Source of the DNA: Mycobacteriales bacterium
Lineage (GTDB): Bacteria > Actinomycetota > Actinomycetes > JAFAQI01
DNA: 64,000 nucleotides
Reading direction: 5' to 3'
Assembly: GCA_035501255.1 (NCBI GenBank)
Contig: DATJWM010000039.1
Coordinates: 654 to 64,653, forward strand
Below are positions 9,430 through 18,689 of this stretch, piece by piece (the first letter of the stretch is position 1; the number at the start of each line of letters is the position of its first letter). Under the pieces are notes generated by a model. The model was given only the letters and a program-made list of their open reading frames with translations, was not told the origin of the DNA and did not search any database. The position numbers were made by a program, and so were the translations under genes.

Positions 9430-10608
9430 ATGGATCTCCTCGACCTGATCTTGATCGCGGTGTGCGTCGGGTTCGCGCTGGGCGGGTATCACCAGGGCTT
9501 CCTGGTCGGGGTGTTCTCCTTCGCCGGGTTCCTCGGCGGTGGGATGCTCGCCGCGAAGTACGCGGACTCACTGCACTCCGTTCTGCCGTTCGGCACCGAC
9601 CCTGCGCCGTTCGGCTTGCTGTTCGTGCTGCTCGGTGCGGTGCTCGGCCAGTTGCTCGCCACCCTGCTCGCCACCTCGCTGCGGCGTGAGATGCGGTGGC
9701 GGTCGATGCGAATGGTCGACTCGGTCGCCGGTGCGACCGTGAGCGTCCTGTCCGTCCTCCTCGTCGCCTGGCTGATCGGCACCGCACTCGCTCACAGCTC
9801 CCCCACGGGGGTGTCCAAGGAGGTACGCCACTCGACGGTGTTGCGCGGGGTCGACACCGTCATGCCGTCCTCGGCCCGCACCTGGTTCGGGTCGTTCCGA
9901 CGGCTGCTCGACCAGGACGGACTGCCGGAGGTGTTCGGTGGCATCGGTCCTGATGACATCGAACCGGTGGCGCCGCCCGATCCCAGCCTGGTGCGGATCC
10001 ATGCCGTGCAGGTCGCCGGACGAGACGTGGTCAAGATCACCGGCTTCGCCCAGTCGTGCTCCCGTCGACTGGAGGGCAGCGGGTTCGTTTACGCCAACGA
10101 CAGGGTGATCACCAACGCCCACGTCGTCGCCGGCGTCAGCGATCCCACGGTTCAGACCAATGACGGGTTGACCGCGACCGCGCGGGTCGTTCTCTACGAC
10201 CCGCAGCGCGACATTGCGGTGTTGCGGGTCCCGGGCCTGAACCGGGCGGGTCTGACATTTGCCGGCCCGCTGGCTCGCGGGCATAGCGCGGTCGTTGCCG
10301 GCTATCCCGAGGACGGGCCCTTCTCGGCGAAGGCAGCGCGGGTGCGCGGGGTGCAGAACGCGAGCGGGCCGGACATCTACCAGAACCGCGAAGTGAGCCG
10401 GCAGATCTACTCCCTCTACGCACAGGTGCGCCCGGGCAACTCGGGAGGCCCGCTTCTGACACCGGCCGGTCAGGTGGCAGGCGTCGTGTTCGCGGCCGCC
10501 GTGGATGACCCGCACACCGGGTACGCCCTCACCTCCGCCGAGGTCGCACCGGACGCTGCCGCCGGCCGGCACGCGACCGCCGCGGTGTCCACGCAGGGGT
10601 GCGACTGA
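9430..10608 (+). CDS. marP: MarP-like membrane-anchored trypsin-family serine protease (Rv3671c-like)
   Basis: An N-terminal set of 4 TM helices is followed by a chymotrypsin-like domain (VITNAHVVAG ... GNSGGPLL). Confidence 0.85.
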   Translation: MDLLDLILIAVCVGFALGGYHQGFLVGVFSFAGFLGGGMLAAKYADSLHSVLPFGTDPAPFGLLFVLLGAVLGQLLATLLATSLRREMRWRSMRMVDSVAGATVSVLSVLLVAWLIGTALAHSSPTGVSKEVRHSTVLRGVDTVMPSSARTWFGSFRRLLDQDGLPEVFGGIGPDDIEPVAPPDPSLVRIHAVQVAGRDVVKITGFAQSCSRRLEGSGFVYANDRVITNAHVVAGVSDPTVQTNDGLTATARVVLYDPQRDIAVLRVPGLNRAGLTFAGPLARGHSAVVAGYPEDGPFSAKAARVRGVQNASGPDIYQNREVSRQIYSLYAQVRPGNSGGPLLTPAGQVAGVVFAAAVDDPHTGYALTSAEVAPDAAAGRHATAAVSTQGCD

Positions 10609-10635
10609 GACCCGGACGCGATGGGGTGGTTCCGC

Positions 10636-11100
10636 TCACCGAAGCAGTGGGGGTGGGTGCTCGCAGCGGGTGAGGTCGGTGAGGGTGGCCGCGATCCACT
10701 CGCGAATACCCGCGACGTCGACGTCGTACGGCGGATCCGGTTCGTAGGTGGCCAAGGTGTCCATGGCGCGGGTCAGGACCGCGACCGCCCCGGCAGGGTT
10801 GGCGCGACGGGCGTGGGTGACCCCCACCGCGAGCTGAGCGAGGCCGCGCCAGAGCCCCCGCGGCGAACCGCTGGTCGCCTTCCAGCACTCCTCGAAGACC
10901 TCGTGGGCGGCGAACGGACGGTCCTCGCGAAGGAGGGCCTGACCCCGAAGCAGGGCTGCGCGCGGGTCGAGCGCACCGGTGGGATCCCCGGCCGGGACGG
11001 TGCCGGTGTGGGCCGCCCCGGGCCGTCCCAGCTGGTCGCGTTCCCGAGCATTGCGCGGTCGTCCCTGAGCGTCGCGATCGCGTTGGGGCCGGTCGGTCAC
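10636..11100 (-). CDS. DUF309 domain protein
   Basis: GTG at 11100 forms a GTGA overlap with the stop of the upstream hydrolase. The conserved core is AAHEVFEECW...GLAQLAVGVTHARRANPAGA. Confidence 0.65.
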   Translation of the reverse strand: MTDRPQRDRDAQGRPRNARERDQLGRPGAAHTGTVPAGDPTGALDPRAALLRGQALLREDRPFAAHEVFEECWKATSGSPRGLWRGLAQLAVGVTHARRANPAGAVAVLTRAMDTLATYEPDPPYDVDVAGIREWIAATLTDLTRCEHPPPLLR

Positions 11101-12020
11101 CCGCTCTTGCACCACCGCAGGATTTCGCCGGTGATCAGATCCGGAGCCTCTTCCTGCGGGAAGTGGCCGACCCCCTTGAGGAGCCGCCACTCGTAGTCCG
11201 CCGAAACGTAGCGGCCGGAGCCCTGAGCGGTGTTCGGCACTACGCACGAGTCGAGCTCGCCGTGCAACGCCAGCGTCGGGACGGTGATCGGTTCCTGCAT
11301 CATCCGCCGGTAGGGGCGGCCGTCAGAGCGGCGCAACAGCGAGCGCATCGACCAGCGGTAGTACTCCAAGGCGCGGTTCGGGACGTGCAGGATCTGCATC
11401 GCGTCGCGGTAACGCCGCTCGGCGAGCGCATCCGGAAAGCCGGGACCACCCCAGCGGTGCAGCAGGTCCGCGACGTTCTCGGCGTCGTTCTCGACCAGCC
11501 AACGCTCGGGCGCCCAGGGCACCTGGAATCGGACGAGGTGCCCGCTGGCCCGCCGCTGATCGCCGTCGCCGCGGAGCGCGGGCAGCCAGCGCAATGGGTG
11601 CGGGCCGGACAGGACCACGAGGCGGGACACGATCGCGGGGTACGCCGCGGCCATCGACCAGCCGACCGTTGCCCCCCAGTCGTGGCCCACCACGACTGCC
11701 TGACCGACGCCGAGGGCACGGATCAGTCCGGCGATGTCGGCGGCGAGGGTGGGGGCGTCGTACCCACGCGGTGGCTTGTCGCTCGCGCCGTACCCGCGCA
11801 GGTCGGGAGCGACCACGTGAATGCCGGCGTCGGCGAGCCCGCTGAGCTGGTGCCGCCACGACCACCAGAACTCGGGAAAGCCGTGGAGGAGGACGACGAG
11901 CGGTCCCGCCCCGGCCTCGGCGACGTGCAGGCGGATCCCGTTCGCGTTGACATCTCGGTGCACCCACGGGCCGTCGTGCAGGACGGTCGACTCCTCGATC
12001 AGCGGTCGTTCGGAGGGCAC
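11097..12020 (-). CDS. Alpha/beta hydrolase, epoxide hydrolase-like (EphE/Rv3670-like)
   Basis: It shows the HGFPEFWWSWRHQ oxyanion region and the nucleophile elbow GHDWG. GTG start. Confidence 0.85.
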   Translation of the reverse strand: MPSERPLIEESTVLHDGPWVHRDVNANGIRLHVAEAGAGPLVVLLHGFPEFWWSWRHQLSGLADAGIHVVAPDLRGYGASDKPPRGYDAPTLAADIAGLIRALGVGQAVVVGHDWGATVGWSMAAAYPAIVSRLVVLSGPHPLRWLPALRGDGDQRRASGHLVRFQVPWAPERWLVENDAENVADLLHRWGGPGFPDALAERRYRDAMQILHVPNRALEYYRWSMRSLLRRSDGRPYRRMMQEPITVPTLALHGELDSCVVPNTAQGSGRYVSADYEWRLLKGVGHFPQEEAPDLITGEILRWCKSG

Positions 12021-12051
12021 GCGCTCACCATCGCACGCACGCGCCCAGCCG

Positions 12052-12480
12052 TCACGAGGCTCGACGTGGGTGCTTGACCCAGGCGACGGTCTCGGCGGCA
12101 GCGGCCTTCGCTCGCTCCGGTCCCTGCAGGTGCTTCAACCGGCCGACCCCGGTGGCGAGAAAGATCGCGGTGAGGACGACATACACCCCGGCCATGCAGA
12201 GAAAACCGGCCCACAGCGGGATGTCGAGACCATCGGAGAAACCGAAAGCCCCGGCGAAGGAGGCCAGGAGCACGGTGAAGAACCCGAAGAGGCCGGCCGC
12301 GCTCAGCAACCCGATCCCCGTCCCCGCCTTCGCGGCGGTTGCGCTGAGCTCTGCTTTGGCGAGCTCGATCTCCTTGTGGATGAGCACCGAGACGTCGCGG
12401 GTTGCGGTGGCGACGAGCTCGCCAAGGGTCTGCTCCGCGACCGGAGTGCCAGTGGTCTCCTCGATCCGGGTCGATGCCAC
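12052..12480 (-). CDS. DUF1469 / holin-X family small membrane protein (Rv3669-like)
   Basis: 142 aa with two TM helices. GTG start with an AAGGAG Shine-Dalgarno. No phage genes lie nearby. Confidence 0.7.
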   Translation of the reverse strand: MASTRIEETTGTPVAEQTLGELVATATRDVSVLIHKEIELAKAELSATAAKAGTGIGLLSAAGLFGFFTVLLASFAGAFGFSDGLDIPLWAGFLCMAGVYVVLTAIFLATGVGRLKHLQGPERAKAAAAETVAWVKHPRRAS

Positions 12481-12594
12481 GACGATCTCCTTCGCCTCGC
12501 CTCTGCTCGAACGGCAGAGTTCATCCAGATGTGCACGGTCCGGCCGTGCCTGCCAGTGTGGCGGTTGCCGCGGTACCGCGCTACCGCGGGCGGT

Positions 12595-13389
12595 CTACTG
12601 TCGGGCGTTGCGCGCAACCTTCCAGCCGGCCGCGGCCGCGACGACGGCCGCTCCAGCAAGGCCCACCGCCACCTGTTGGCGACCAGAGCCGGGGATCTTC
12701 GGGAACCGAGATCGAAGCGGCACCGGGTTGTCGAAGTCGAGAATCGGCCAGTTCCGCTCGCCTGCCTGCTTGCGCAACGCCTTGTCGGGGTTGACCGCAA
12801 ACGGGTGACCGACCGTCTCGAGCATCGGAACATCGGTCCCGGAGTCGCTGTAGGCGTAGCAGTCACCCAGGTCCCAGCCGTGTTCGGCGGCGAGTGCGCG
12901 CATTGCGGTCGCCTTGTGCGGACCGAAGGCATAGAACTCCACCTTGCCGGTGTACTTGCCCTCCTGCACCACCATTCGGGTGGCGACAACGTGGTCAGCC
13001 CCAAGAATCTCCCCGACGGGTTGGACGATCTCCTCGCCGCTGCTGGAGACCAGAACGATCGCGCGCCCGGCGGCGCGATGGTCGTCGATCAGCGCGGCGG
13101 CCTCGTCGTAGATCAGCGTGTCGATGAGGTCGCCCAGCGCGCCGCTCACGACCTCGCGGACGGTGTCGGCCTCCCAACCGGTGACCATGCTCACCAGGTC
13201 GGCTCGCATTCGATCCATCTTGGCCTCGTCGACCCGACCGAGGTGATAGACGAACTTTGCGTACGCCCCTTTGACGATGTCCCGGCGGCTGATCATGCCG
13301 GCGGCATAGAACGTCTTGCCCAGGGCGAGCGTGCTCGACGTGGCGATGATCGTCTTGTCGAGATCGAAGAAGGCCGCCGCTTCGGACAT
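12595..13389 (-). CDS. HAD-IB family hydrolase (phosphoserine phosphatase-like)
   Basis: HAD motif I FFDLDKTI begins just after the ATG at 13389. The ORF-track N-terminal extension is not supported. Confidence 0.85.
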   Translation of the reverse strand: MSEAAAFFDLDKTIIATSSTLALGKTFYAAGMISRRDIVKGAYAKFVYHLGRVDEAKMDRMRADLVSMVTGWEADTVREVVSGALGDLIDTLIYDEAAALIDDHRAAGRAIVLVSSSGEEIVQPVGEILGADHVVATRMVVQEGKYTGKVEFYAFGPHKATAMRALAAEHGWDLGDCYAYSDSGTDVPMLETVGHPFAVNPDKALRKQAGERNWPILDFDNPVPLRSRFPKIPGSGRQQVAVGLAGAAVVAAAAGWKVARNARQ

Positions 13390-13504
13390 ACCGTCGCAGG
13401 ATATCGACCCAGATTGGGCTGAACGGGTGAACTCTCGCCTAACTCCGCACGACGATGTTTTGCGGACAACCCAGGCGGGCACGACATGGGGTGTCGACGG
13501 CCGA

Positions 13505-13592
13505 TGACCCGTAGACGGGTTCGACTCACCCCCCCGGAGTCGAATCTTGTGGAGGCCCCCGCTTAACCCCCCCAAGCGGGGGCCTTCCTATG
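13505..13592 (+). ncRNA. 6C-family small RNA (two hairpins with C-rich loops)
   Basis: Hairpin 1 pairs GGUUCGACUC (13518-13527) with GAGUCGAAUC around the loop ACCCCCCCG. Hairpin 2 pairs GGAGGCCCCCGCUU with AAGCGGGGGCCUUCC around the loop AACCCCCCC. It sits between the HAD hydrolase and ssd, the same intergenic position as Mtb 6C/B11 (Rv3660c-Rv3661). Confidence 0.55.
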
Positions 13593-13732
13593 CCCGGGGC
13601 CGGTCGCGGGCATGACCGGTTGTACGCCCGTCGGCCGGACCGGCCCGTCCACAGCGCGAACAGACTGAGCAGCTTGTCCCCAGCTTCGTCGCGGGCGCAC
13701 CGAAGGCCGGTCGCGATGTCCACCCTTCGGTC

Positions 13733-14833
13733 ATGGCTGGTTCGAGACGAATCCTGTTCGTCTGCGGCCGGGTCGAGGCCCGGTCCGCGATGATCCGGCT
13801 GGCGGCCCTCGCCGGGGCGGAGCTCGACGTCACCACTGAGGTGGACGGCCTGCAGGCCGCCTGGCGGAGTGCCGCGGTCGTGGTCGTCGGCAGCGATCTG
13901 GCTGCGGCCGTTGCCGTCACCGAGCCGCCGCGCCGCGAGGGTGTCATCGTTGTGGCCGACGATGCCGAGTCGGCCGAGGTCTGGCAGCTCGCGGTCGCAC
14001 TCGGCGCAGCCGGGGTCTACCAACTGCCACGCGACCAACACGCTGTCCTCGACGTGGTTGGCGCCACGCTCGACGGGCCGATCGAGGCGGCGCCGATCAT
14101 CGCCGTGATCGGCGGGTGCGGTGGTGCGGGTGCCTCCACGCTCGCGGCGGCACTCGCGCTGACCAGTGCCCGAGCACGGCCGACGGTGCTGGTCGACGCC
14201 GACCGCTACGGCGGGGGAATCGACGTCCTGCTCGGCGCTGAGCAATGTGAAGGTGCGCGCTGGCCGGAGTTGTCCGGCGCGCGTGGCCACCTTGAGGCGC
14301 AGGCCTTTGCCAATGCGCTGCCACGAGTCGGGAGCCTCGCCGTGCTCTCCCAGGATCGTGGTCATCCGCAGCCCGAGATCGACCTGGAAACCGCCGACGC
14401 GGTCGCTGCTGCCGTTCGCCGCGCCTTCGCCGCCGTCGTCGTCGACCTGCCACGCCACGGTGACCCGGTCGCGTCGCTGTTCGTGGCGCGGGCTGAGGCG
14501 GTGCTTCTCGTCGTCCCGGCCACCGTCCGCGCAGCTGCGGCCGCCGCGGCAGTAGCGGCATCCGTCGTCGCGCAGGGTGGGGTGCCGTCGCTTGTGGTGC
14601 GCGACGCCGGTCCGCAGCGGCTCGGGGTCGAGGAGATCGCGAGCGTGCTGGGGCATCCGGTCGGCGCGATCCTGCGCAGCGAGTCATGGGTGATGACGGC
14701 CGCCGAGCGCGCAGAGTTGCCGGTTCGGCGGGGGCGAGGGTCGCTGGCGGACGCCTGCGGGTCCCTGCTCGCCTCCTATATCGGCGCCCGCGAGATGACG
14801 ACCGGTGAGCGGGAATGGGCGGAGGCGGGATGA
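13733..14833 (+). CDS. ssd: Septum-site-determining protein Ssd / TadZ(CpaE)-like ParA-family ATPase of the Tad locus
   Basis: It has a degenerate deviant Walker A (IGGCGGAGAST) and matches the Rv3660c position and architecture. Confidence 0.8.
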   Translation: MAGSRRILFVCGRVEARSAMIRLAALAGAELDVTTEVDGLQAAWRSAAVVVVGSDLAAAVAVTEPPRREGVIVVADDAESAEVWQLAVALGAAGVYQLPRDQHAVLDVVGATLDGPIEAAPIIAVIGGCGGAGASTLAAALALTSARARPTVLVDADRYGGGIDVLLGAEQCEGARWPELSGARGHLEAQAFANALPRVGSLAVLSQDRGHPQPEIDLETADAVAAAVRRAFAAVVVDLPRHGDPVASLFVARAEAVLLVVPATVRAAAAAAAVAASVVAQGGVPSLVVRDAGPQRLGVEEIASVLGHPVGAILRSESWVMTAAERAELPVRRGRGSLADACGSLLASYIGAREMTTGEREWAEAG

Positions 14834-15984
14834 CGATGGACGACCTCCTGCTCGACCGGGTACGCCGACGGTTGCTCGAGCGGCCGGGCGGGCTCACCGA
14901 GGCCTCGGTCGCGGCCGCGCTTCGCGAGGAAGCGCCGGTCGCCGGTGCGGGTCAGCTGCTCGACGTCGCCGGCGACCTGATGTCCGAGATTGCCGGTGCC
15001 GGCCCGCTCGAGCCGTTGCTCGCCCTGCCCGGAGTCACCGACGTGCTGGTGAACGGCGCCGGTCCGGTCTGGGTGGATCGTGGCCGCGGCCTTCAGGCCA
15101 CCCCGGTCGCGATCGAGGACGAAGCGGGGGCAAGACGGCTGGCCGTCCGCCTGGTTGCGGCCGGCGGGAGACGCCTGGATGATGCGTCTCCCTACGCCGA
15201 CGCCCGGCTCGCCGACGGGACTCGGGTGCATGCCGTCCTTCCCCCGCTCGCACCGGCAGGCACGTGCCTGTCGCTGCGGGTCCCCCCGCGGACCACCTTC
15301 ACCCTCGACGATTTGGTGGCGGCCGGGTCGGTGCCACGCGAGGGGGCCGATCTGCTGGCGGCGCTGATTGCGTCCCGAGTCGCTTTTCTCGTCACCGGCG
15401 GCACGGGTTCGGGCAAGACGACCGTGCTCTCGACGCTGCTGTCCCTCGTCGACCGCGATGAGCGGGTGCTCCTGGTTGAGGACGCGGCCGAGCTTCGGCC
15501 CGATCTGCCGCATGTTGTCCGGCTCGAGGCCCGGTCGGCGAACGCCGAGGGCGTGGGGGCGATCTCGCTCGACGTCCTGGTGCGTCAGGCGCTGCGGATG
15601 CGCCCGGACCGGCTGGTCGTCGGCGAGGTTCGCGGCGGTGAGGTGCTCGATCTGTTGGCCGCCCTCAACACCGGTCACGACGGCGGATCGGGCACCGTGC
15701 ACGCGAACCGTGCTCACCACCTCCCCGCGCGGATCGAGGCGCTCTGCGGTCAGGCCGGGTTCCCTCGGGAGGCCGCGCACAGCCTGCTGCTGGCCGCCGT
15801 CGACGCCGTCGTGCACCTGCACCGAGCGCGGGACGGGCGACGCGGGGTCGCCGGGATCGGCGTCCTCGCCGCGGGACCAGACGGTCTCGCCCGGGTGATC
15901 CCGGCCTACACCTTCGGTGCGGGTTCGGTGCGCCCGGAGCCGGGCGCCAGCCTGCTCGACGACCGACTTCGGCGCTCGCCGTGA
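14830..15984 (+). CDS. tadA: Tad pilus secretion ATPase TadA/CpaF (type II/IV secretion NTPase)
   Basis: Walker A (VTGGTGSGKTT) with Asp box and His box. ATG at 14830 overlaps the ssd stop; an alternative ATG lies at 14815. Confidence 0.85.
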   Translation: MTMDDLLLDRVRRRLLERPGGLTEASVAAALREEAPVAGAGQLLDVAGDLMSEIAGAGPLEPLLALPGVTDVLVNGAGPVWVDRGRGLQATPVAIEDEAGARRLAVRLVAAGGRRLDDASPYADARLADGTRVHAVLPPLAPAGTCLSLRVPPRTTFTLDDLVAAGSVPREGADLLAALIASRVAFLVTGGTGSGKTTVLSTLLSLVDRDERVLLVEDAAELRPDLPHVVRLEARSANAEGVGAISLDVLVRQALRMRPDRLVVGEVRGGEVLDLLAALNTGHDGGSGTVHANRAHHLPARIEALCGQAGFPREAAHSLLLAAVDAVVHLHRARDGRRGVAGIGVLAAGPDGLARVIPAYTFGAGSVRPEPGASLLDDRLRRSP

Positions 15985-16778
15985 CGGGATGGCTCGCTGC
16001 GGGGGCACTCGCCGCTGCGGTCTTGGTGGCAGGCGCTTCCCCTGCGCGGGCCAGGGTCGCGGCGGCGAGGCAGCGAGAGTTCGCGGGTCGTGGGGTCGTG
16101 ACGCTGGTGGTCGTGGGGATCGGAGGTGGTGCGGTCGCGGTCGCGGGCACCGCCGTGGTTCCGCTGGTCGTCGGAGGTCTGGTCGCGGTCGCGGTGGTCG
16201 AGCGAATCCGGCGGACCCGCCGCGCCGCGCGGGATCGCGACCTGCGCGCCGCGGCGGCCGTGGAGCTCACCTTTGCGCTCGCGGGTGAGCTTCGGGCCGG
16301 TCGGACGCCGAGCCAGGCGTTGGCCGCGGCCGCGCCCACCGCAGGGCCGTTGCGGGCCGCCGTCGAGGCAGCCGGCCTGGCCGCGAGCGTCGGCGCGAGT
16401 CCCGGGCAGGCCTTGCTGCGTGCTGCGCGCGAGCCCGGGGCGTCGCGGCTGCGCTATGTCGCGGCGGCCTGGACGGTCACCGAGACGGTGGGGGGTCGGA
16501 TCGCGGTCGTGCTCGAGCGACTGAGCGAGGCGATGGACGACGACGAGGAACTCCGCCGTGAGTTGACCTCGGCGATGGCCGGCCCGAACGCCACCATGGT
16601 GATGCTCGCCGCGCTCCCGGTGCTCGGCGTGGCCCTCGGACAAGCCGTCGGCGCCGATCCTGTGCGTCTATTGCTCCATCGCCCGATCGGGTGGATCCTG
16701 GCGGCCGTTGCTGCGGTGTTCGACGGCGTGGGGATCTGGGCGACCAGGGCCATCGCGAGAGCGGCGGTGCGCTCCTGA
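15981..16778 (+). CDS. tadB: TadB-like (T2SS F family) membrane protein
   Basis: GTG at 15981 overlaps the tadA stop. It is a polytopic Ala-rich membrane protein in the Rv3658c position. Confidence 0.7.
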   Translation: MTGWLAAGALAAAVLVAGASPARARVAAARQREFAGRGVVTLVVVGIGGGAVAVAGTAVVPLVVGGLVAVAVVERIRRTRRAARDRDLRAAAAVELTFALAGELRAGRTPSQALAAAAPTAGPLRAAVEAAGLAASVGASPGQALLRAAREPGASRLRYVAAAWTVTETVGGRIAVVLERLSEAMDDDEELRRELTSAMAGPNATMVMLAALPVLGVALGQAVGADPVRLLLHRPIGWILAAVAAVFDGVGIWATRAIARAAVRS

Positions 16779-17494
16779 CCGCGCTTGCGGTTGCTGCGGC
16801 CATCCTGGCCGGCTGGCTGGTCGTTCCGGGATCGGTCCGGCACGACCATCGCCTCTCCGGACTGCTGGGTGCGGGAGTCGTCGATTTGCCGACCGGCCCC
16901 GACGCTCTGGCAGACCGGTTCCCGCTCGCCCGCACCGCGGTCTGCGCAGGAGCGTTCGTCGGGTGCCTCGTCCTCGTCGGCGGCGGGCCGGGGGTTGTGC
17001 TCGCCGTGTTCGCGGCGGGCGGCTGCGCGGCCCTCAAGCCGGCTTCGCGGCCGGCACCCGTCGATCCCGACGAGGCGGCCGTCGTCATCGACCTGATCGC
17101 CGGGTGTTTGGACGCCGGGGTGGGGCTGTGCGATGCGCTCGGCGCCGCCGCTCATGCGGCCGAGCGTGGTCTGGGTGATCGCTGTCGGGTCGCTGCCGCC
17201 GCCCTGCGCAGCGGCGCTCCCGCCGCCGAGGTCTGGCACCCCTGGCTCGCCGATCCGTGTCTCGCGCCATTGGCCCGGGTTGCGATCCGGACGAGCGCGA
17301 GCGGGGCGGCGACCGCGGCCGAGTTGCGCCGAGCGTCCAGCCGGATCCGCTCCCTTCGGCGGGCACAGGCACAGGACCGGGTGCGCCGCGCCGCCGTCTG
17401 GTTGGTCGCTCCGCTCGGACTGTGCTTCCTGCCTGCCTTCGTCCTCGTGGCGGTCGTCCCGCTCGTTCTCGGCCTGCTCGCGACGCTCCGCTAA
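16691..17494 (+). CDS. tadC: TadC-like membrane protein (start uncertain)
   Basis: Membrane protein in the Rv3657c position. The first GTG (16691) would overlap tadB by 88 nt; the true start may lie nearer 16775. Confidence 0.55.
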   Translation: MDPGGRCCGVRRRGDLGDQGHRESGGALLTALAVAAAILAGWLVVPGSVRHDHRLSGLLGAGVVDLPTGPDALADRFPLARTAVCAGAFVGCLVLVGGGPGVVLAVFAAGGCAALKPASRPAPVDPDEAAVVIDLIAGCLDAGVGLCDALGAAAHAAERGLGDRCRVAAAALRSGAPAAEVWHPWLADPCLAPLARVAIRTSASGAATAAELRRASSRIRSLRRAQAQDRVRRAAVWLVAPLGLCFLPAFVLVAVVPLVLGLLATLR

Positions 17495-17650
17495 GCGGGG
17501 TGTCCACATCCGTCGGCCGAGTCGTAGGTGTCCCCAGGTCGGACCGGAACGCCCCGCGCCCAGGGTTGTCGTCGCACGCTCGTCGGGTCCCGATGCCTCG
17601 GGGACCGCTCCGGCCGGCCGCCGGACAGGACGAGAAGAGGGGAGACCGCG

Positions 17651-17842
17651 ATGCGTCGACTGTTGGCAGCCGTGCGTAGTGCTGTCCTTGGATCCGACGA
17701 AGGAATGTCGACCGCCGAGTACGCCGTTGGCACCGTGGCGGCGTGCTCGTTCGCCGCCATCCTGCTCAAGATCCTCACCAGTGGCTTTGGAAGCAACCTG
17801 CTCGAGAGCTTGCTCTCCCACGTTCTGCAGATCGTGCTGTGA
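17651..17842 (+). CDS. flp: Flp-family type IVb prepilin
   Basis: The 63 aa product is MRRLLAAVRSAVLGSDEG/MSTAEYAVGTVAACSFAAILL, with the Flp G/XXXXEY processing motif followed by a hydrophobic helix. An AGGGGAG Shine-Dalgarno precedes it. Confidence 0.7.
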   Translation: MRRLLAAVRSAVLGSDEGMSTAEYAVGTVAACSFAAILLKILTSGFGSNLLESLLSHVLQIVL

Positions 17843-18258
17843 CCGGGTGGTCCGGCCGGGCCGGCGACGACGCGGCCGGACCGCACCCGACCCGCGGCGG
17901 GGAACCCGCCCGACGGGATTCGGGGATGGTGACTGCCGAGTTCGCGGTCGCGCTCCCGGCATTCGTCCTCGTGGTGTTGGCGGCGTTGTCCGGGGTGGCG
18001 ATCGTGACCGCTGATCTGCGATGCGCGGACGCGGCGGGAGTGGCGGCTCGCATGGCGGCGCGCGGGGACTCCCCGGACCTCACCCGCGAGGTTGCGTCCC
18101 GGGCGGCTCCTCGCGGTGCGGCGCTCGAGGTCAATCGCTCCGGCGGATTCGTCACCGCGACCGTCGTGTCCCGACTGGCCTTTCCCGGTCTGTCTCATCT
18201 GATTCCGGCAGTGGTCGTCGCGCAGACCCAGGTCGCGGCCAGCGAGAGTTCATCGTGA
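17839..18258 (+). CDS. TadE-like pilus assembly protein
   Basis: The TadE N-terminal motif (RRDSGMVTAEFAVALPAFVLVVL) is present. GTG at 17839 overlaps the flp stop; an alternative ATG lies at 17926. Confidence 0.65.
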   Translation: MTGWSGRAGDDAAGPHPTRGGEPARRDSGMVTAEFAVALPAFVLVVLAALSGVAIVTADLRCADAAGVAARMAARGDSPDLTREVASRAAPRGAALEVNRSGGFVTATVVSRLAFPGLSHLIPAVVVAQTQVAASESSS

Positions 18259-18689
18259 CGCGGCGGTCCGGGCCGGACGCCGGCTTTGCCACGGTCTGGG
18301 TCATCGCTGCAATGGCGCTCGTGCTCGCGACGGCGGTGGCTGCGATCGGGTACGGCCTCCTCGCCCTCGCTCGGCACCGAGCCGGCAACGCCGCTGATTC
18401 GGCGGCCCTAGCCGCGGCGCTCGACGCCCCGGCCGGTCCGGTGGCCGCGTGTGCCGCTGCGGGCGAACTCGCCAGCCGTGACGGTGCCCGGCTCACCGGT
18501 TGCACGCTCGACGGGTCGGTCGCGGGCGTGGTCGTGTCGGTGTCGATCCGTGGGCCGTTCGCGCGGTTTGGCCCCGCTGTCGGCCGGGCTCGCGCCGGGC
18601 CGTCTGCGCGCGCGGAAGTCGGACTCGGGGTCAGTCCACCGTCGCGGTCCGAACCGTCGCCGGCTCCGTCGGCGGCCAGCACTCGGTGA
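18255..18689 (+). CDS. TadE/TadG-like pilus assembly protein (Rv3654c-like)
   Basis: GTG at 18255 forms a GTGA overlap with the upstream stop. An N-terminal TM helix (VWVIAAMALVLATAVAAIGYGLLAL) is present. The low-complexity C-terminus overlaps the 3' end of the convergent helicase gene. Confidence 0.5.
   Translation: MTRRSGPDAGFATVWVIAAMALVLATAVAAIGYGLLALARHRAGNAADSAALAAALDAPAGPVAACAAAGELASRDGARLTGCTLDGSVAGVVVSVSIRGPFARFGPAVGRARAGPSARAEVGLGVSPPSRSEPSPAPSAASTR

Noticed and set aside
12052-12480. Holin-family gene as evidence of a prophage.
   Set aside because: The DUF1469/holin-X gene is in the conserved Rv3669-like position between core genes. No integrase, capsid, tail or lysin genes are present, and no att-like duplication flanks the nearby tRNA-Thr.
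13510-13550. tRNA or tmRNA 3' fragment suggested by the GGTTCGACTC (T-arm-like) sequence.
   Set aside because: No acceptor stem, D arm or anticodon arm can be built. The element pairs with GAGTCGAATC to form hairpin 1 of the 6C-like sRNA.
12595-13575. 62-codon N-terminal extension of the HAD hydrolase ORF.
   Set aside because: HAD motif I (FFDLDKT) follows the ATG at 13389 directly. The extension would overlap the 6C RNA hairpins and has no support.
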